Below are positions 20,416 through 29,389 of a stretch of DNA of 64,000 bases, in pieces; positions within the stretch are counted from its first letter, which is position 1, and each line of letters starts with the position of its first letter. Under the pieces are notes generated by a model. That model was given only the letters and a program-made list of their open reading frames with translations. It did not search any database and was not told the origin of the DNA. Made by a program: the position numbers and the translations under genes. Source of the DNA: Opitutia bacterium (GTDB lineage Bacteria > Verrucomicrobiota > Verrucomicrobiia > Opitutales > T3Sed10-336); assembly GCA_050506795.1 (NCBI GenBank), contig JBJHCF010000005.1:90139-154138 (forward strand), written 5' to 3'.

Positions 20416-21834
20416 ATGTCCGTTTTCATCACCGACGACTTCCTCCTGCACAGCGCCTCCGCCCGCGAACTCTATCACGATTACGCCGCCCGGGAGCCGA
20501 TTTTCGATTACCATTGCCACCTTCCGCCGGCGGAGATCGCCGAAAACAAGTCGTTTCCCAATCTGGGGAATATTTGGCTGGCCGGCGACCACTACAAATG
20601 GCGGGCCATGCGCGCGAACGGGGTCGAGGAGCGTTTCTGCGGGGGTGACGCCGGCGACAAGGAGAAGTTTCTCGCTTACGCCCGGACGGTGCCCCGGACC
20701 GTTCGGAATCCTTTGTATCACTGGACTCATCTCGAGTTGAAGCGGTTCTTCGGGATCGACACCCTGCTCAATGAAGAGACGGCGGAGGAGATTTGGGAGG
20801 AAACCCGGGAGAAGCTGGCGCGGCCCGAAATGTCTGTGCACGGTATTCTGACCAATCACCGGGTATCCGTCATATGCACCACCGACGATCCGGTGGATAC
20901 GCTGGAGTTTCATCGCCAAATCGGCGAAAACGGTACCCTGGCCACCCGGGTGTACCCGACGTTTCGGCCGGACAAGGCGCTCTCGGTCGATCAACCCGAG
21001 GCTTTCAATGCGTGGATCGACCGTCTGGCGGAAGTCAGCGGGGTGGATTGCGCCAGCCTGGATTCTTTTTTGGAGGCCCTGAAGCAGCGTCACGACTTCT
21101 TTCACGAAATGGGCTGCCGGTTGTCCGATCACGGCATGACGCATTGTGACGACGCCGACTGCACCGATGCCGAGGCGCGGGTGGCGTTTGACAAGGCGCG
21201 CGCCGGAAAAGCGGTTCCGGCAGATGAGGCGGTCAAATTCCGCAGTTACATGATGGTTTTTTTCGGTCGTCTCGACGCCGACCGCGGGTGGACCAAGCAG
21301 CTTCACCTCGGCGCCATGAGGAACAACAACACCCGCCGTTTCCGGGAACTCGGTCCCGACACCGGATTCGACTCGATTGGAGACTACCCCCAGGCCCGCG
21401 GTTTGGCCGGGTACCTGGACCGCCTGGACCGTACCGGCCAGTTGCCCAAGACGATACTCTACAACAACAACCCCACCGATAATTACATTTTCGCGACCAT
21501 GATCGGCAACTTTCAGGACGGCAGCGTTCCCGGAAAGATGCAGTTCGGATCCGGCTGGTGGCATCTTGATCAAATCGAGGGAATGGAATGGCAACTCAAC
21601 GCGTTGTCCAATCTCGGTCTCCTCAGTCGCTTTGTCGGGATGCTTACCGATTCGCGCAGCTTTCTGTCGTATCCCCGTCACGAATACTTTCGCCGCATTC
21701 TCTGCAACCTGATCGGTCGTGACGTGGAGAACGGCGAGTTGCCCCGCGACATGAAACTGCTTGGCGGCATCGTGCGCGATATCTGCTTCCGCAACGCCGA
21801 GGCGTATTTCGGGCTCGAGACCGGAACGGTCTAA
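20416..21834 (+). CDS. uxaC: Glucuronate (uronate) isomerase
   Basis: DYHCHL, GDHYKWRAMR, NPLYHWTHLEL, GMLTDSRSFLSYPRHEYFRR. Confidence 0.98.
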   Translation: MSVFITDDFLLHSASARELYHDYAAREPIFDYHCHLPPAEIAENKSFPNLGNIWLAGDHYKWRAMRANGVEERFCGGDAGDKEKFLAYARTVPRTVRNPLYHWTHLELKRFFGIDTLLNEETAEEIWEETREKLARPEMSVHGILTNHRVSVICTTDDPVDTLEFHRQIGENGTLATRVYPTFRPDKALSVDQPEAFNAWIDRLAEVSGVDCASLDSFLEALKQRHDFFHEMGCRLSDHGMTHCDDADCTDAEARVAFDKARAGKAVPADEAVKFRSYMMVFFGRLDADRGWTKQLHLGAMRNNNTRRFRELGPDTGFDSIGDYPQARGLAGYLDRLDRTGQLPKTILYNNNPTDNYIFATMIGNFQDGSVPGKMQFGSGWWHLDQIEGMEWQLNALSNLGLLSRFVGMLTDSRSFLSYPRHEYFRRILCNLIGRDVENGELPRDMKLLGGIVRDICFRNAEAYFGLETGTV

Positions 21835-21918
21835 ACGCCTTTTCCGTCCTGCGACGGCATTCGGCCGGCTTAAAAATACGGATTGAGCCCCGTTGCCGGG
21901 GCGCTAGGGTTTATCGGC

Positions 21919-23052
21919 ATGGCTGACGCAACAAAACAGGAGAATCCGTTCGACTCGGTGGAATCGGCGATCGAGGTGATCGCGAGCGGCGGGTTGGTGG
22001 TGGTGGCCGATGACGAGAACCGCGAGAACGAGGGAGACCTCGTCATGGCCGCAGCCAAGGCCACTCCGGAAAGCGTCAACACGATGATCCTGCACGCCCG
22101 CGGCCTTATTTGTGTTCCGACGACCAGCCATCAGCTAAAACGGCTGGGGATCAATCAAATGGTAGCGGAGAATCGCGACCCCTATCGGACCGATTTTTCG
22201 GTTTCGGTGGACGCCGCCGAGGGAATCACCACAGGAATCAGCGCCTATGACCGTTGCCGTACGATTCGCCTGCTGGCGGACCCGGCAAGCCGCCCCGACG
22301 ACCTTGTGCAGCCGGGGCATATTTTTCCCTTGCGGGCCAAGGCGGGCGGAGTCCTTCAGCGTGCCGGTCACACGGAGGCTGCGGTCGATTTGGCCGCCCT
22401 GGCCGGACTTCATCCCAGTGGGGTGATTTGTGAGATTCTCAACGAAGACGGTACCATGGCCCGCCTGCCGGAACTTATTGCCTTCAAGAAGCGTTTCGGA
22501 TTCCCGATGATTTCCATCGCATCGCTCATCGAATACCGGCGGCGGCGCGAACGGCTGGTGGAGGAGACCCATCGGCGTCCCTTCGAGTCGGAGTTTGGGA
22601 CTTTCGTCCTGCGCCTTTTTCACAGTCGCCTGGATGATCGATATCACCTCGCCTTCACTATGGGCGACCTCGATGGTTCTCCCACGTTGGTTCGGGTACA
22701 CAGCGAAAACGTTTTGAGCGACGTCTTTCGCGCCAAAGCGTTCGGCAGTTACCATTCCCTGGTCGATTCGCTCAGCATGGTCGCTCGCGAAGGCAAGGGC
22801 GCCGTGATCTATATCGGGCAGCCGCACGATAGCGTTCACCAAATGCTGAACGATACGCCCGACCATATCTCGGCCGATAAGGCTCGGGGCGTCGCCAAAG
22901 CGGCTCCGGAGTTTCGGGATTACGGTATCGGCGCTCAGATTCTGGTGGCTCTGGGTCTTCGAAGAATCCGGCTCCTGACCAGCCACAGCCGGCATGTGGT
23001 CGGCCTGGAGGGTTATGGTTTGGAGATTGTGGAGCAAGGTCCGCCCAAGTGA
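21919..23052 (+). CDS. ribB: DHBP synthase fused to a degenerate GTP cyclohydrolase II domain (RibBA/RibBX)
   Basis: DDENRENEGD, TTGISA, PGHIFPL, GHTEA, CEI intact; C-terminal RVHSEN..RDYGIGAQIL lacks Zn cysteines. Confidence 0.9.
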   Translation: MADATKQENPFDSVESAIEVIASGGLVVVADDENRENEGDLVMAAAKATPESVNTMILHARGLICVPTTSHQLKRLGINQMVAENRDPYRTDFSVSVDAAEGITTGISAYDRCRTIRLLADPASRPDDLVQPGHIFPLRAKAGGVLQRAGHTEAAVDLAALAGLHPSGVICEILNEDGTMARLPELIAFKKRFGFPMISIASLIEYRRRRERLVEETHRRPFESEFGTFVLRLFHSRLDDRYHLAFTMGDLDGSPTLVRVHSENVLSDVFRAKAFGSYHSLVDSLSMVAREGKGAVIYIGQPHDSVHQMLNDTPDHISADKARGVAKAAPEFRDYGIGAQILVALGLRRIRLLTSHSRHVVGLEGYGLEIVEQGPPK

Positions 23053-23201
23053 TTGCCTGATGGCGACCCTGTTGGCGGACGAATTCCGATGAGTGGAGTG
23101 AATGGTTCGCTATGTTTTCCGCCGGTCCGTCGCCGGGAGGCGGACGGGTCCGCACTGCAAGGCGTTTTGACTTTCCCCCGGGTCGGGCTTTGAGTTTTTC
23201 C

Positions 23202-23636
23202 GTGTCGCAGCCAGAATTCATTTATCGCACCCGGGTCCATTTTGATGAGTTTGACGCCTTGGGGATCCTTCATCACTCCCGCTACCTTCATCATTTGGAA
23301 CGAGCGCAGCAGGCCCTGTTTCAGCACCTGCTCGGCGTTCCTGATTTTGATGCCGACCGGGACGAGGATATCTACGTCGTGGTGCGCGGATTGGAGGCCC
23401 GCTTTCGCGAGCCGGTTCGCCGCCCGGGCGAGTACGCGGTTTTTTACCGTTCGCCCCGCGTCCGTGCCGCCGGCCTCGCGCTCGACTTCGACTTTGCCGG
23501 ACTGGACGGAAACGTCGTTTATTGCAGCGGCAGGCGTACGGTCTGCAAGCTATCCGGGCAAACCCATCGACCCGCCGAATGGAGCCCCCGGTTTCGGCGC
23601 GCGTTGGCGGGTTGGGCGGATGGAAGCGAGGAATGA
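23202..23636 (+). CDS. Acyl-CoA thioesterase (hotdog, YbgC/FadM-like)
   Basis: RVHFDEFDALGILHHSRYL motif; GTG start at 23202 assumed. Confidence 0.8.
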   Translation: MSQPEFIYRTRVHFDEFDALGILHHSRYLHHLERAQQALFQHLLGVPDFDADRDEDIYVVVRGLEARFREPVRRPGEYAVFYRSPRVRAAGLALDFDFAGLDGNVVYCSGRRTVCKLSGQTHRPAEWSPRFRRALAGWADGSEE

Positions 23637-23753
23637 GGCGTGTTTTTTTCCACCATGAACGGTGCAAGGCACTCCGCCAGGGGCTAAGCAATGAGAAGGA
23701 TGGGTCAAAACGGCGCCAAACCGGTGACGTATGACTGTTTTGGAGGAAATTTT

Positions 23754-24221
23754 ATGAAACGACTCACACTGCTTTTCTGCTCACTGCTGACGGCTTCCGT
23801 AATCCCGCTCTCCGCAGCCCACCAGTATAATCCGCTGGGGGCCGGGGTGATTCTGGGCGAACCGACCGGGTTGACGGCCAAATATTGGGTGAGCGACACC
23901 AATGCCTTTGATGCGGCCCTGGGGTGGTCCTTTGAGGGAAGGACCTCGTTCCACCTGCACGGCAGTTATCTTTTTCATGATTTTGAGATGGTGGAGGTCG
24001 CCAAAGGGAGCCTCCCGCTTTATTTCGGTGTTGGTGGCCGGCTGAAGGCCCGCAGCGGCAAGAGCGACCGGCTGGGGGTTCGGGTTCCGGTCGGCGTTGC
24101 CTATCATTTCGAGGATGTCCCGGTCGAGGCCTTTGCCGAGATAGTTCCCATCATCGACATTGTCCCCAGCTCGCGCGCCAGCCTCAACGCGGCGATCGGT
24201 GCGCGCTTCTACTTTGAGTAA
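23754..24221 (+). CDS. Small outer-membrane beta-barrel protein (DUF3996-like)
   Basis: Signal peptide, LGEPTGLTAKYW, LGVRVPVG, C-terminal ARFYF. Confidence 0.75.
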   Translation: MKRLTLLFCSLLTASVIPLSAAHQYNPLGAGVILGEPTGLTAKYWVSDTNAFDAALGWSFEGRTSFHLHGSYLFHDFEMVEVAKGSLPLYFGVGGRLKARSGKSDRLGVRVPVGVAYHFEDVPVEAFAEIVPIIDIVPSSRASLNAAIGARFYFE

Positions 24222-24279
24222 GCCATCCCGGAATATGCCTGCGGCCAATCCGGGGTATTTTGGCCAACCTTAATCGGGA

Positions 24280-24999
24280 TCACCTGGCCAACTCCAGGCT
24301 GGTTAGCGCCTGAAGGTCATTGATTCTGTCTGCCGAGGATTGGTCCGTTTCAAATTGGCTGGAGAGCAGAACGCACTGCCAGCCGGCTGCAATTGCCGGT
24401 TTAAGATCATGTTCCAGACTGTCACCAACGTGCAGAATCCGGTTGGCTGGCGTATTCAACTGCTTTTCCGCGGCGGCGAAAATTTCAGGACTGGGCTTTT
24501 CCCATCCAATCTCCGAGGAGATGATTATGGCATCAAAGGAGTCCAGCATGTCGAATCGCGCCAGAAGAGTGCGGAGACGCCGGTCCCAGTTCGAGAGTAT
24601 CGCGGTACGAAATCCACGTTGGCGAAGGATGGCAATGCTTTCGCGGGTGTTCTTTCGAATTCGCCAGCGTTCCGGGTGAGCGAACGTTTCCCAGAGATCT
24701 GAGAAGACAGCGTCGAATTTCCGGGTCGACTCCAACGGTGGAATGGTTCGTTTGACGATTCGTTTCCACTTGGCGATTTCCCGGGGTTCGTCGGTGGGCC
24801 CTCCCACCGGGGTCGAGTTCGTTTTGCAGGCGGTTGCGAAACTGCGGTTTAACTCTTCGGTATCGCCCTTCAGTCCATGGACGGCGAGGATCTCCGCATA
24901 GACTGCGCCGACGCTGGGCCAGGGGTCGAGAAGCGTTCCGCCTGCATCGAACGTTACTGCGGTGATCGGAGGAATGGAATGTGGAAGCTGCGGCGGCAT
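24280..24999 (-). CDS. HAD-IA family hydrolase
   Basis: FDAGGTL, LSNWD, EKPSPEIF, HVGDS; start ATG 24999 assumed. Confidence 0.9.
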   Translation of the reverse strand: MPPQLPHSIPPITAVTFDAGGTLLDPWPSVGAVYAEILAVHGLKGDTEELNRSFATACKTNSTPVGGPTDEPREIAKWKRIVKRTIPPLESTRKFDAVFSDLWETFAHPERWRIRKNTRESIAILRQRGFRTAILSNWDRRLRTLLARFDMLDSFDAIIISSEIGWEKPSPEIFAAAEKQLNTPANRILHVGDSLEHDLKPAIAAGWQCVLLSSQFETDQSSADRINDLQALTSLELAR

Positions 25000-25511
25000 A
25001 CCCGGCGTGTTAATGGTGACCGTTCGTCGATCCAGTTCAAGCACTGTCCGACCAAAGGGGGCATTGGAGTGCAAGGAAAAAGCGATTGCATGATAAGAAA
25101 AATCCGGTAATGATCATAGGGTATCAACGGCTTGGTTTTAAGGGATTTACCTATGTTCGAACTTATCTTATTGAGAGTCAGGATTTTAACGTAATTCACA
25201 GGGGTTTCGCTTTATGGTGGAAAACTGTAAGTAATTGGAATACAAGACCTTTGATTTTTTGACTTTTCGACATGATTAATTTTCCCGTTGATTAAACTAG
25301 ATTCATTGAGGTGGGAGTAATGCTTTAATTTCGTAGAGAATCTTGATTCAAACCTCTAAAATAAATTCCGGTGTGTGACGAAGCCCGCCGGGGCAAACCA
25401 AGTTCATGTGCGTCGCCTGTCCAACGAAGCCTTGCGTTTCCAAAACCAGATGCCTGCGAGTTCCAGATGACGATTTAGCTGGACACAAATGATTCAAAAG
25501 AAGCTACGAGA

Positions 25512-27206
25512 ATGGGTGTTCCTACCAAGAATATTACCGCACCGATAGAAAGCCAACGCCTGAGCTACCTCAATAAAACAGGCCGGAAAATCATAGCTTA
25601 TTATGATAGTCTGGCGGGGACGGAGATCGAGCCGTACATCGTGGTTGTGCTTCCCAAGTACGGGGAAACAAAGAAAAACAACCTCCAACTCGCTTTCACG
25701 ATGGCAGCTAACGGGCTGCATGTCTTGCGTTTTGACCACACCTGCCATGTTGGCGAGAGTGAGGGAGCCATGACAGATTTTACGCTCCCAGGTGCGGTTG
25801 ATGACGTTCTAACCACCTTGGACTTTGTTCAGGAGCACTTTGGGGTCAAAAAGGTCGTTTTGGTTTCGAGCAGCCTTTCATCAAGGTCTGCGCTTCGGGC
25901 GGCGGCGTTGGATTCCCGAATCAGGAAACTCGTCTGTCTGGTTGGTGTTTTTAATGTCAGCTACACGCTTCGCGAAGTTTATCGCGAGGATCTCGTGGCA
26001 AATCATATCGACGGTAAAACCTGGGGAGTCGCTGACATACTCGGTCATGAAATCGATTTCGATAATTTCCTTCGTGAGCTGGTCAAGGCGAACATGCACG
26101 ATCTCCAGGGAACGATCTATGATTTGAGTCGAACGTCGGCTTCCGCAGCGTATTTTGGAGCTGAGAATGACCCCTGGGTGGACCGTGAAGAGGTTGCGCT
26201 TGCGCTCGGGCGCAGGAGGGATTCGGAGGTCCACCTTGTTGCCGGAGCGATGCACGAGGTTCGTGAAAATCAGGAAAAAGGAGTCGAGGTTTACGATGAC
26301 ATCGTCCGGGCCTGCTTCCTGGAAGGGCGACCTGAGGACAGCGTAATTCTTCGTCCGGAAAAAAAGCCGTTGCTTCGTCAGAACAAAATTGAGCGGGATT
26401 ATTTGCGAAAAGCCAAGGAAAAGGATTTCGAGCCCGAAACGGACTTCTGGGGATCCTATCTGGAGAAGTACAGTTTGTTGGACCGTGTTGACGACTACCG
26501 CCGGTATCTTGATACCGTCGGCGATTTGCTCGGGCGGATTGACGGTGGAGATATTGTGTTGGATGCAGGTTGCGGGAACGGCTTGTTTGGAGTCTGGTTG
26601 ATCCGGGACGTGTTGTCCAGAAATGGACAGGGGGCAGGTTATCAGGGGCCGCCGGTTTACGTTGGGCTGGACCTGACATGCAAGGGTTTGAGTGACGCAA
26701 TGATGCAGCATTGCGACGCGCAAAAACCCTCCAATGGCCATGGTGCCCTCTTGCCGGACTTTATTTACGGTTGCATGGACCTGGATGTTTTTTCGGATCC
26801 GGAAAATAAAGGCGAATTAGCCGTGGAGTTTGGTGAAAACACCTTTGATAAGGTCTGCTGCAGCCTGCTGATTTCATACCTGAAAGAGCCCCAGCGGCTG
26901 ATCGACAAGTTGTACAAGATCCTCAAACCCGGAGGTACGCTTGTTGTTTCAAGCATGAAGCCATTTTGCGACATGTCGATGATCTACCGTGACTTTATGG
27001 ACCAAAAGGTCAGCGCCGGGGAACTGGAGATGGGCCGCGATTTGCTGCGAGCTGCCGGAAAGATCAAGATTAAGGAGGAGCTTGGCTATTATGTGTTTTT
27101 CTCGGGGGAAGAGATGAGCGCTATGGCGGATGACGCTGGATTCCGAAGGATTGAGTTTCGCGAGTGCTTTGGCGGACAGGCTCATGTTGTGAAAGCGGAG
27201 AAGTGA
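25512..27206 (+). CDS. LuxD-type acyl-ACP thioesterase/acyltransferase fused to class I SAM-dependent methyltransferase
   Basis: N-half NGLHVLRFD..HVGESEG..FT, SSSLSS, VGVFN, ENDPWV, AMHEVREN; C-half VLDAGCGNG, FDKV, LKPGG. Confidence 0.85.
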   Translation: MGVPTKNITAPIESQRLSYLNKTGRKIIAYYDSLAGTEIEPYIVVVLPKYGETKKNNLQLAFTMAANGLHVLRFDHTCHVGESEGAMTDFTLPGAVDDVLTTLDFVQEHFGVKKVVLVSSSLSSRSALRAAALDSRIRKLVCLVGVFNVSYTLREVYREDLVANHIDGKTWGVADILGHEIDFDNFLRELVKANMHDLQGTIYDLSRTSASAAYFGAENDPWVDREEVALALGRRRDSEVHLVAGAMHEVRENQEKGVEVYDDIVRACFLEGRPEDSVILRPEKKPLLRQNKIERDYLRKAKEKDFEPETDFWGSYLEKYSLLDRVDDYRRYLDTVGDLLGRIDGGDIVLDAGCGNGLFGVWLIRDVLSRNGQGAGYQGPPVYVGLDLTCKGLSDAMMQHCDAQKPSNGHGALLPDFIYGCMDLDVFSDPENKGELAVEFGENTFDKVCCSLLISYLKEPQRLIDKLYKILKPGGTLVVSSMKPFCDMSMIYRDFMDQKVSAGELEMGRDLLRAAGKIKIKEELGYYVFFSGEEMSAMADDAGFRRIEFRECFGGQAHVVKAEK

Positions 27207-29389
27207 CATTTTATTGTGCAGTCAGTTCGTTCATAAACGCCGTCACAAGCATTGTCCTGGCGATCTCGGTTTACCGATATCGCAAGAGCACAATGGTTGA
27301 GCTTTCCTTTGTTTGCTTCGCTCTTTCGGTTGGATTGTGGTCCGTATTCTATTTTTTCTGGCAGATTGCCGGTTCCGAAGAAGATGCAATTTCGCTGACT
27401 CGTATCCTCATGGGTGCGGCAGCGTTCATCCCGATTAGTTTTTTTTATTTTACGACGACCTTCAGGGGGTATTCGCACAAGTACCAGATGGTCTCAGGCG
27501 TTGTGATCTCCTTTTGCTTTGCGATTGTTTCGATTTCCACCTCCGGAATTGTCGCGGGCGTTTCCCCTAAGATGGGGGTTGAATATTGGCCCGATGCGGG
27601 TCCATTGTTGAAATATTATTTGCTTTTTTGGTTCTATTACGTGGTTGGAAGCATAGTGGTCTTATCTCGGGATTTTCGGCGACAACACGAGAATAAAAAG
27701 AATCAGATTAAGTATATTCTCATTGGAACGGTCATTGGTTTTACCGGTGGTGCGACAAATTTTTTCCTATGGTATGATATTCCTATTCCACCGATCGGGA
27801 ACGTGCTGGTTTCGTTCTATGTGTTTGGCGTTTCATATGCGACAGCCAGATACAGATTGATGGATGTTGACCTCGCCTTGGTTAAAGGCGCGGCATTTTT
27901 TTTCGTGGTTGCTCTTGTTGCCCTTGCATATCCAGTCTCCTGGATCCTGATCGATTCCGGTGGAGCAGGTGGAAGGCAAGCGGAAATTTTTGTAAAGCAA
28001 TATCTCGTTTCTTTTGTCCTGGTCGGCTTTTTGTTTTTAGCCGCGCCACGCTTCATGAAGCGTTTGAATGCTTTCGTTGAAACACAACTAAAACAATCGC
28101 AGTACAATTATAGAAATCAGTTGCGTTGGCTGATTCGGAAAATCGATCAGTTGGAGCGAAGCGAGGAGATATTCTCGAAGACGGCCACTTTTCTGTGCGA
28201 CCAATTGAGCGTCGAAGCGGTCGCGGTGTTTATCCGTGAAAAGACCGCCATGAGTTTTGTGTTGCGAGCAAGAGCCGGAGCGAAGGATTTTGAGATCAGG
28301 GCGTTGGACGAGCAGGACAGTCTCGTGGAGGTTATGAATAAAGTCGGAGGAGTGATATGTGTAGAGGAACTCCGTCAGCATATCGATGCCGGTGGGGACG
28401 GCAGTCTGCCGATTGAATCCGGTGTGAGAAAATTGAGCGAGTTGGGAGTGGAGATACTGATTCCTCTGCTGACTGAGGAGCGGCTGCACGGCTTCTTTTT
28501 GCTTGGAAAACGATGGCCGAGGAATTACTACTCGGAACCGGATTTGGCTTTATTTGAAGTCTTGGGTATGGAAATTGCAGCTAGCATCAGGATTCGTGAG
28601 CTGGAGCGCCGGTCGGCTGAGAATGAGAAGCTCATGGCGTTGGGCACGATGGCTGCCGGATTGGCCCATGAGCTCAGAAATCCGATGGTTTCCGTCCAGA
28701 CTTATATTTCTATGCTTGAGGATGAATGTGCCGGGCCGGTGTTGATCAAGGATACGAAGATGCTTGGAATCATTCAACGGGACCTTCGGCGTATGAACGA
28801 AATCGTTCACAACGTAGGCGCGTTTGCTCAGAACGTGCCTCTTGAGATGAATCCTGTCGATCTGCGTTCGGTAGTTGATACGGCAATCGAAGTTGAGGCT
28901 GAAAACATACAACGCAGGGATGTTCGGACCACGGTTCATTGTCAGGTCACACACCCGGTAAGAGGCGACTTTAATCAGTTGGTGCAGGTTTTTCAGAATT
29001 TGATCATGAACGCGACCCAGGCATTCCAGGAGAATCACGAGAAATTGATCACGATTACGGCGGTCGAAAAACTGGAGAATAATGGTAGGGGAGTGGTGTT
29101 GGTGACCGTTGAGGACACCGGTCCCGGGATAGATATGGAGATTATAAGAAATCTTTTTGAGCCTTTTGTGACCACCAAAGCAACGGGTTCGGTCTCGGAG
29201 CATAGAGGGATGGGGCTTGGTCTTGCTATCGTGAAGCAAATAATTGAGTCGCATCAGGGAATTGTTGAGGCGTTCAACCGCCCGAGCGGCGGAAGTTTAT
29301 TTCGGATTTTATTGCCATTAATGCAGGGTGTCCAGGTTCACGGTCAGAACGGAAATGAGAGATTATCAATCCACCAACAGCATGATTGA
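27203..29389 (+). CDS. Multi-TM (HisKA_7TM-like) + GAF sensor histidine kinase
   Basis: About 8-9 hydrophobic segments, GAF (LIPL..GFFLLG..Y..DL), AHELRNP, NLIMNA, DTGPG, GMGLGL; GTG overlaps upstream stop (GTGA). Confidence 0.9.
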   Translation: MTFYCAVSSFINAVTSIVLAISVYRYRKSTMVELSFVCFALSVGLWSVFYFFWQIAGSEEDAISLTRILMGAAAFIPISFFYFTTTFRGYSHKYQMVSGVVISFCFAIVSISTSGIVAGVSPKMGVEYWPDAGPLLKYYLLFWFYYVVGSIVVLSRDFRRQHENKKNQIKYILIGTVIGFTGGATNFFLWYDIPIPPIGNVLVSFYVFGVSYATARYRLMDVDLALVKGAAFFFVVALVALAYPVSWILIDSGGAGGRQAEIFVKQYLVSFVLVGFLFLAAPRFMKRLNAFVETQLKQSQYNYRNQLRWLIRKIDQLERSEEIFSKTATFLCDQLSVEAVAVFIREKTAMSFVLRARAGAKDFEIRALDEQDSLVEVMNKVGGVICVEELRQHIDAGGDGSLPIESGVRKLSELGVEILIPLLTEERLHGFFLLGKRWPRNYYSEPDLALFEVLGMEIAASIRIRELERRSAENEKLMALGTMAAGLAHELRNPMVSVQTYISMLEDECAGPVLIKDTKMLGIIQRDLRRMNEIVHNVGAFAQNVPLEMNPVDLRSVVDTAIEVEAENIQRRDVRTTVHCQVTHPVRGDFNQLVQVFQNLIMNATQAFQENHEKLITITAVEKLENNGRGVVLVTVEDTGPGIDMEIIRNLFEPFVTTKATGSVSEHRGMGLGLAIVKQIIESHQGIVEAFNRPSGGSLFRILLPLMQGVQVHGQNGNERLSIHQQHD

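Noticed and set aside
19045..21681. 878-aa minus-strand ORF and other long antisense ORFs (5712-7556, 8872-10035, 35230-36312, 61482-62618)
   Set aside because: Shadow frames of well-supported genes in high-GC DNA; no recognisable motifs.
25385..25460. c-di-GMP-I riboswitch (GGGCAAACC)
   Set aside because: No GNRA-capped P2 stem and no GACGCAAAG continuation.
25512..27206. Bioluminescence (lux) operon
   Set aside because: Only a LuxD-like domain; no luxA/B/C/E in the window.
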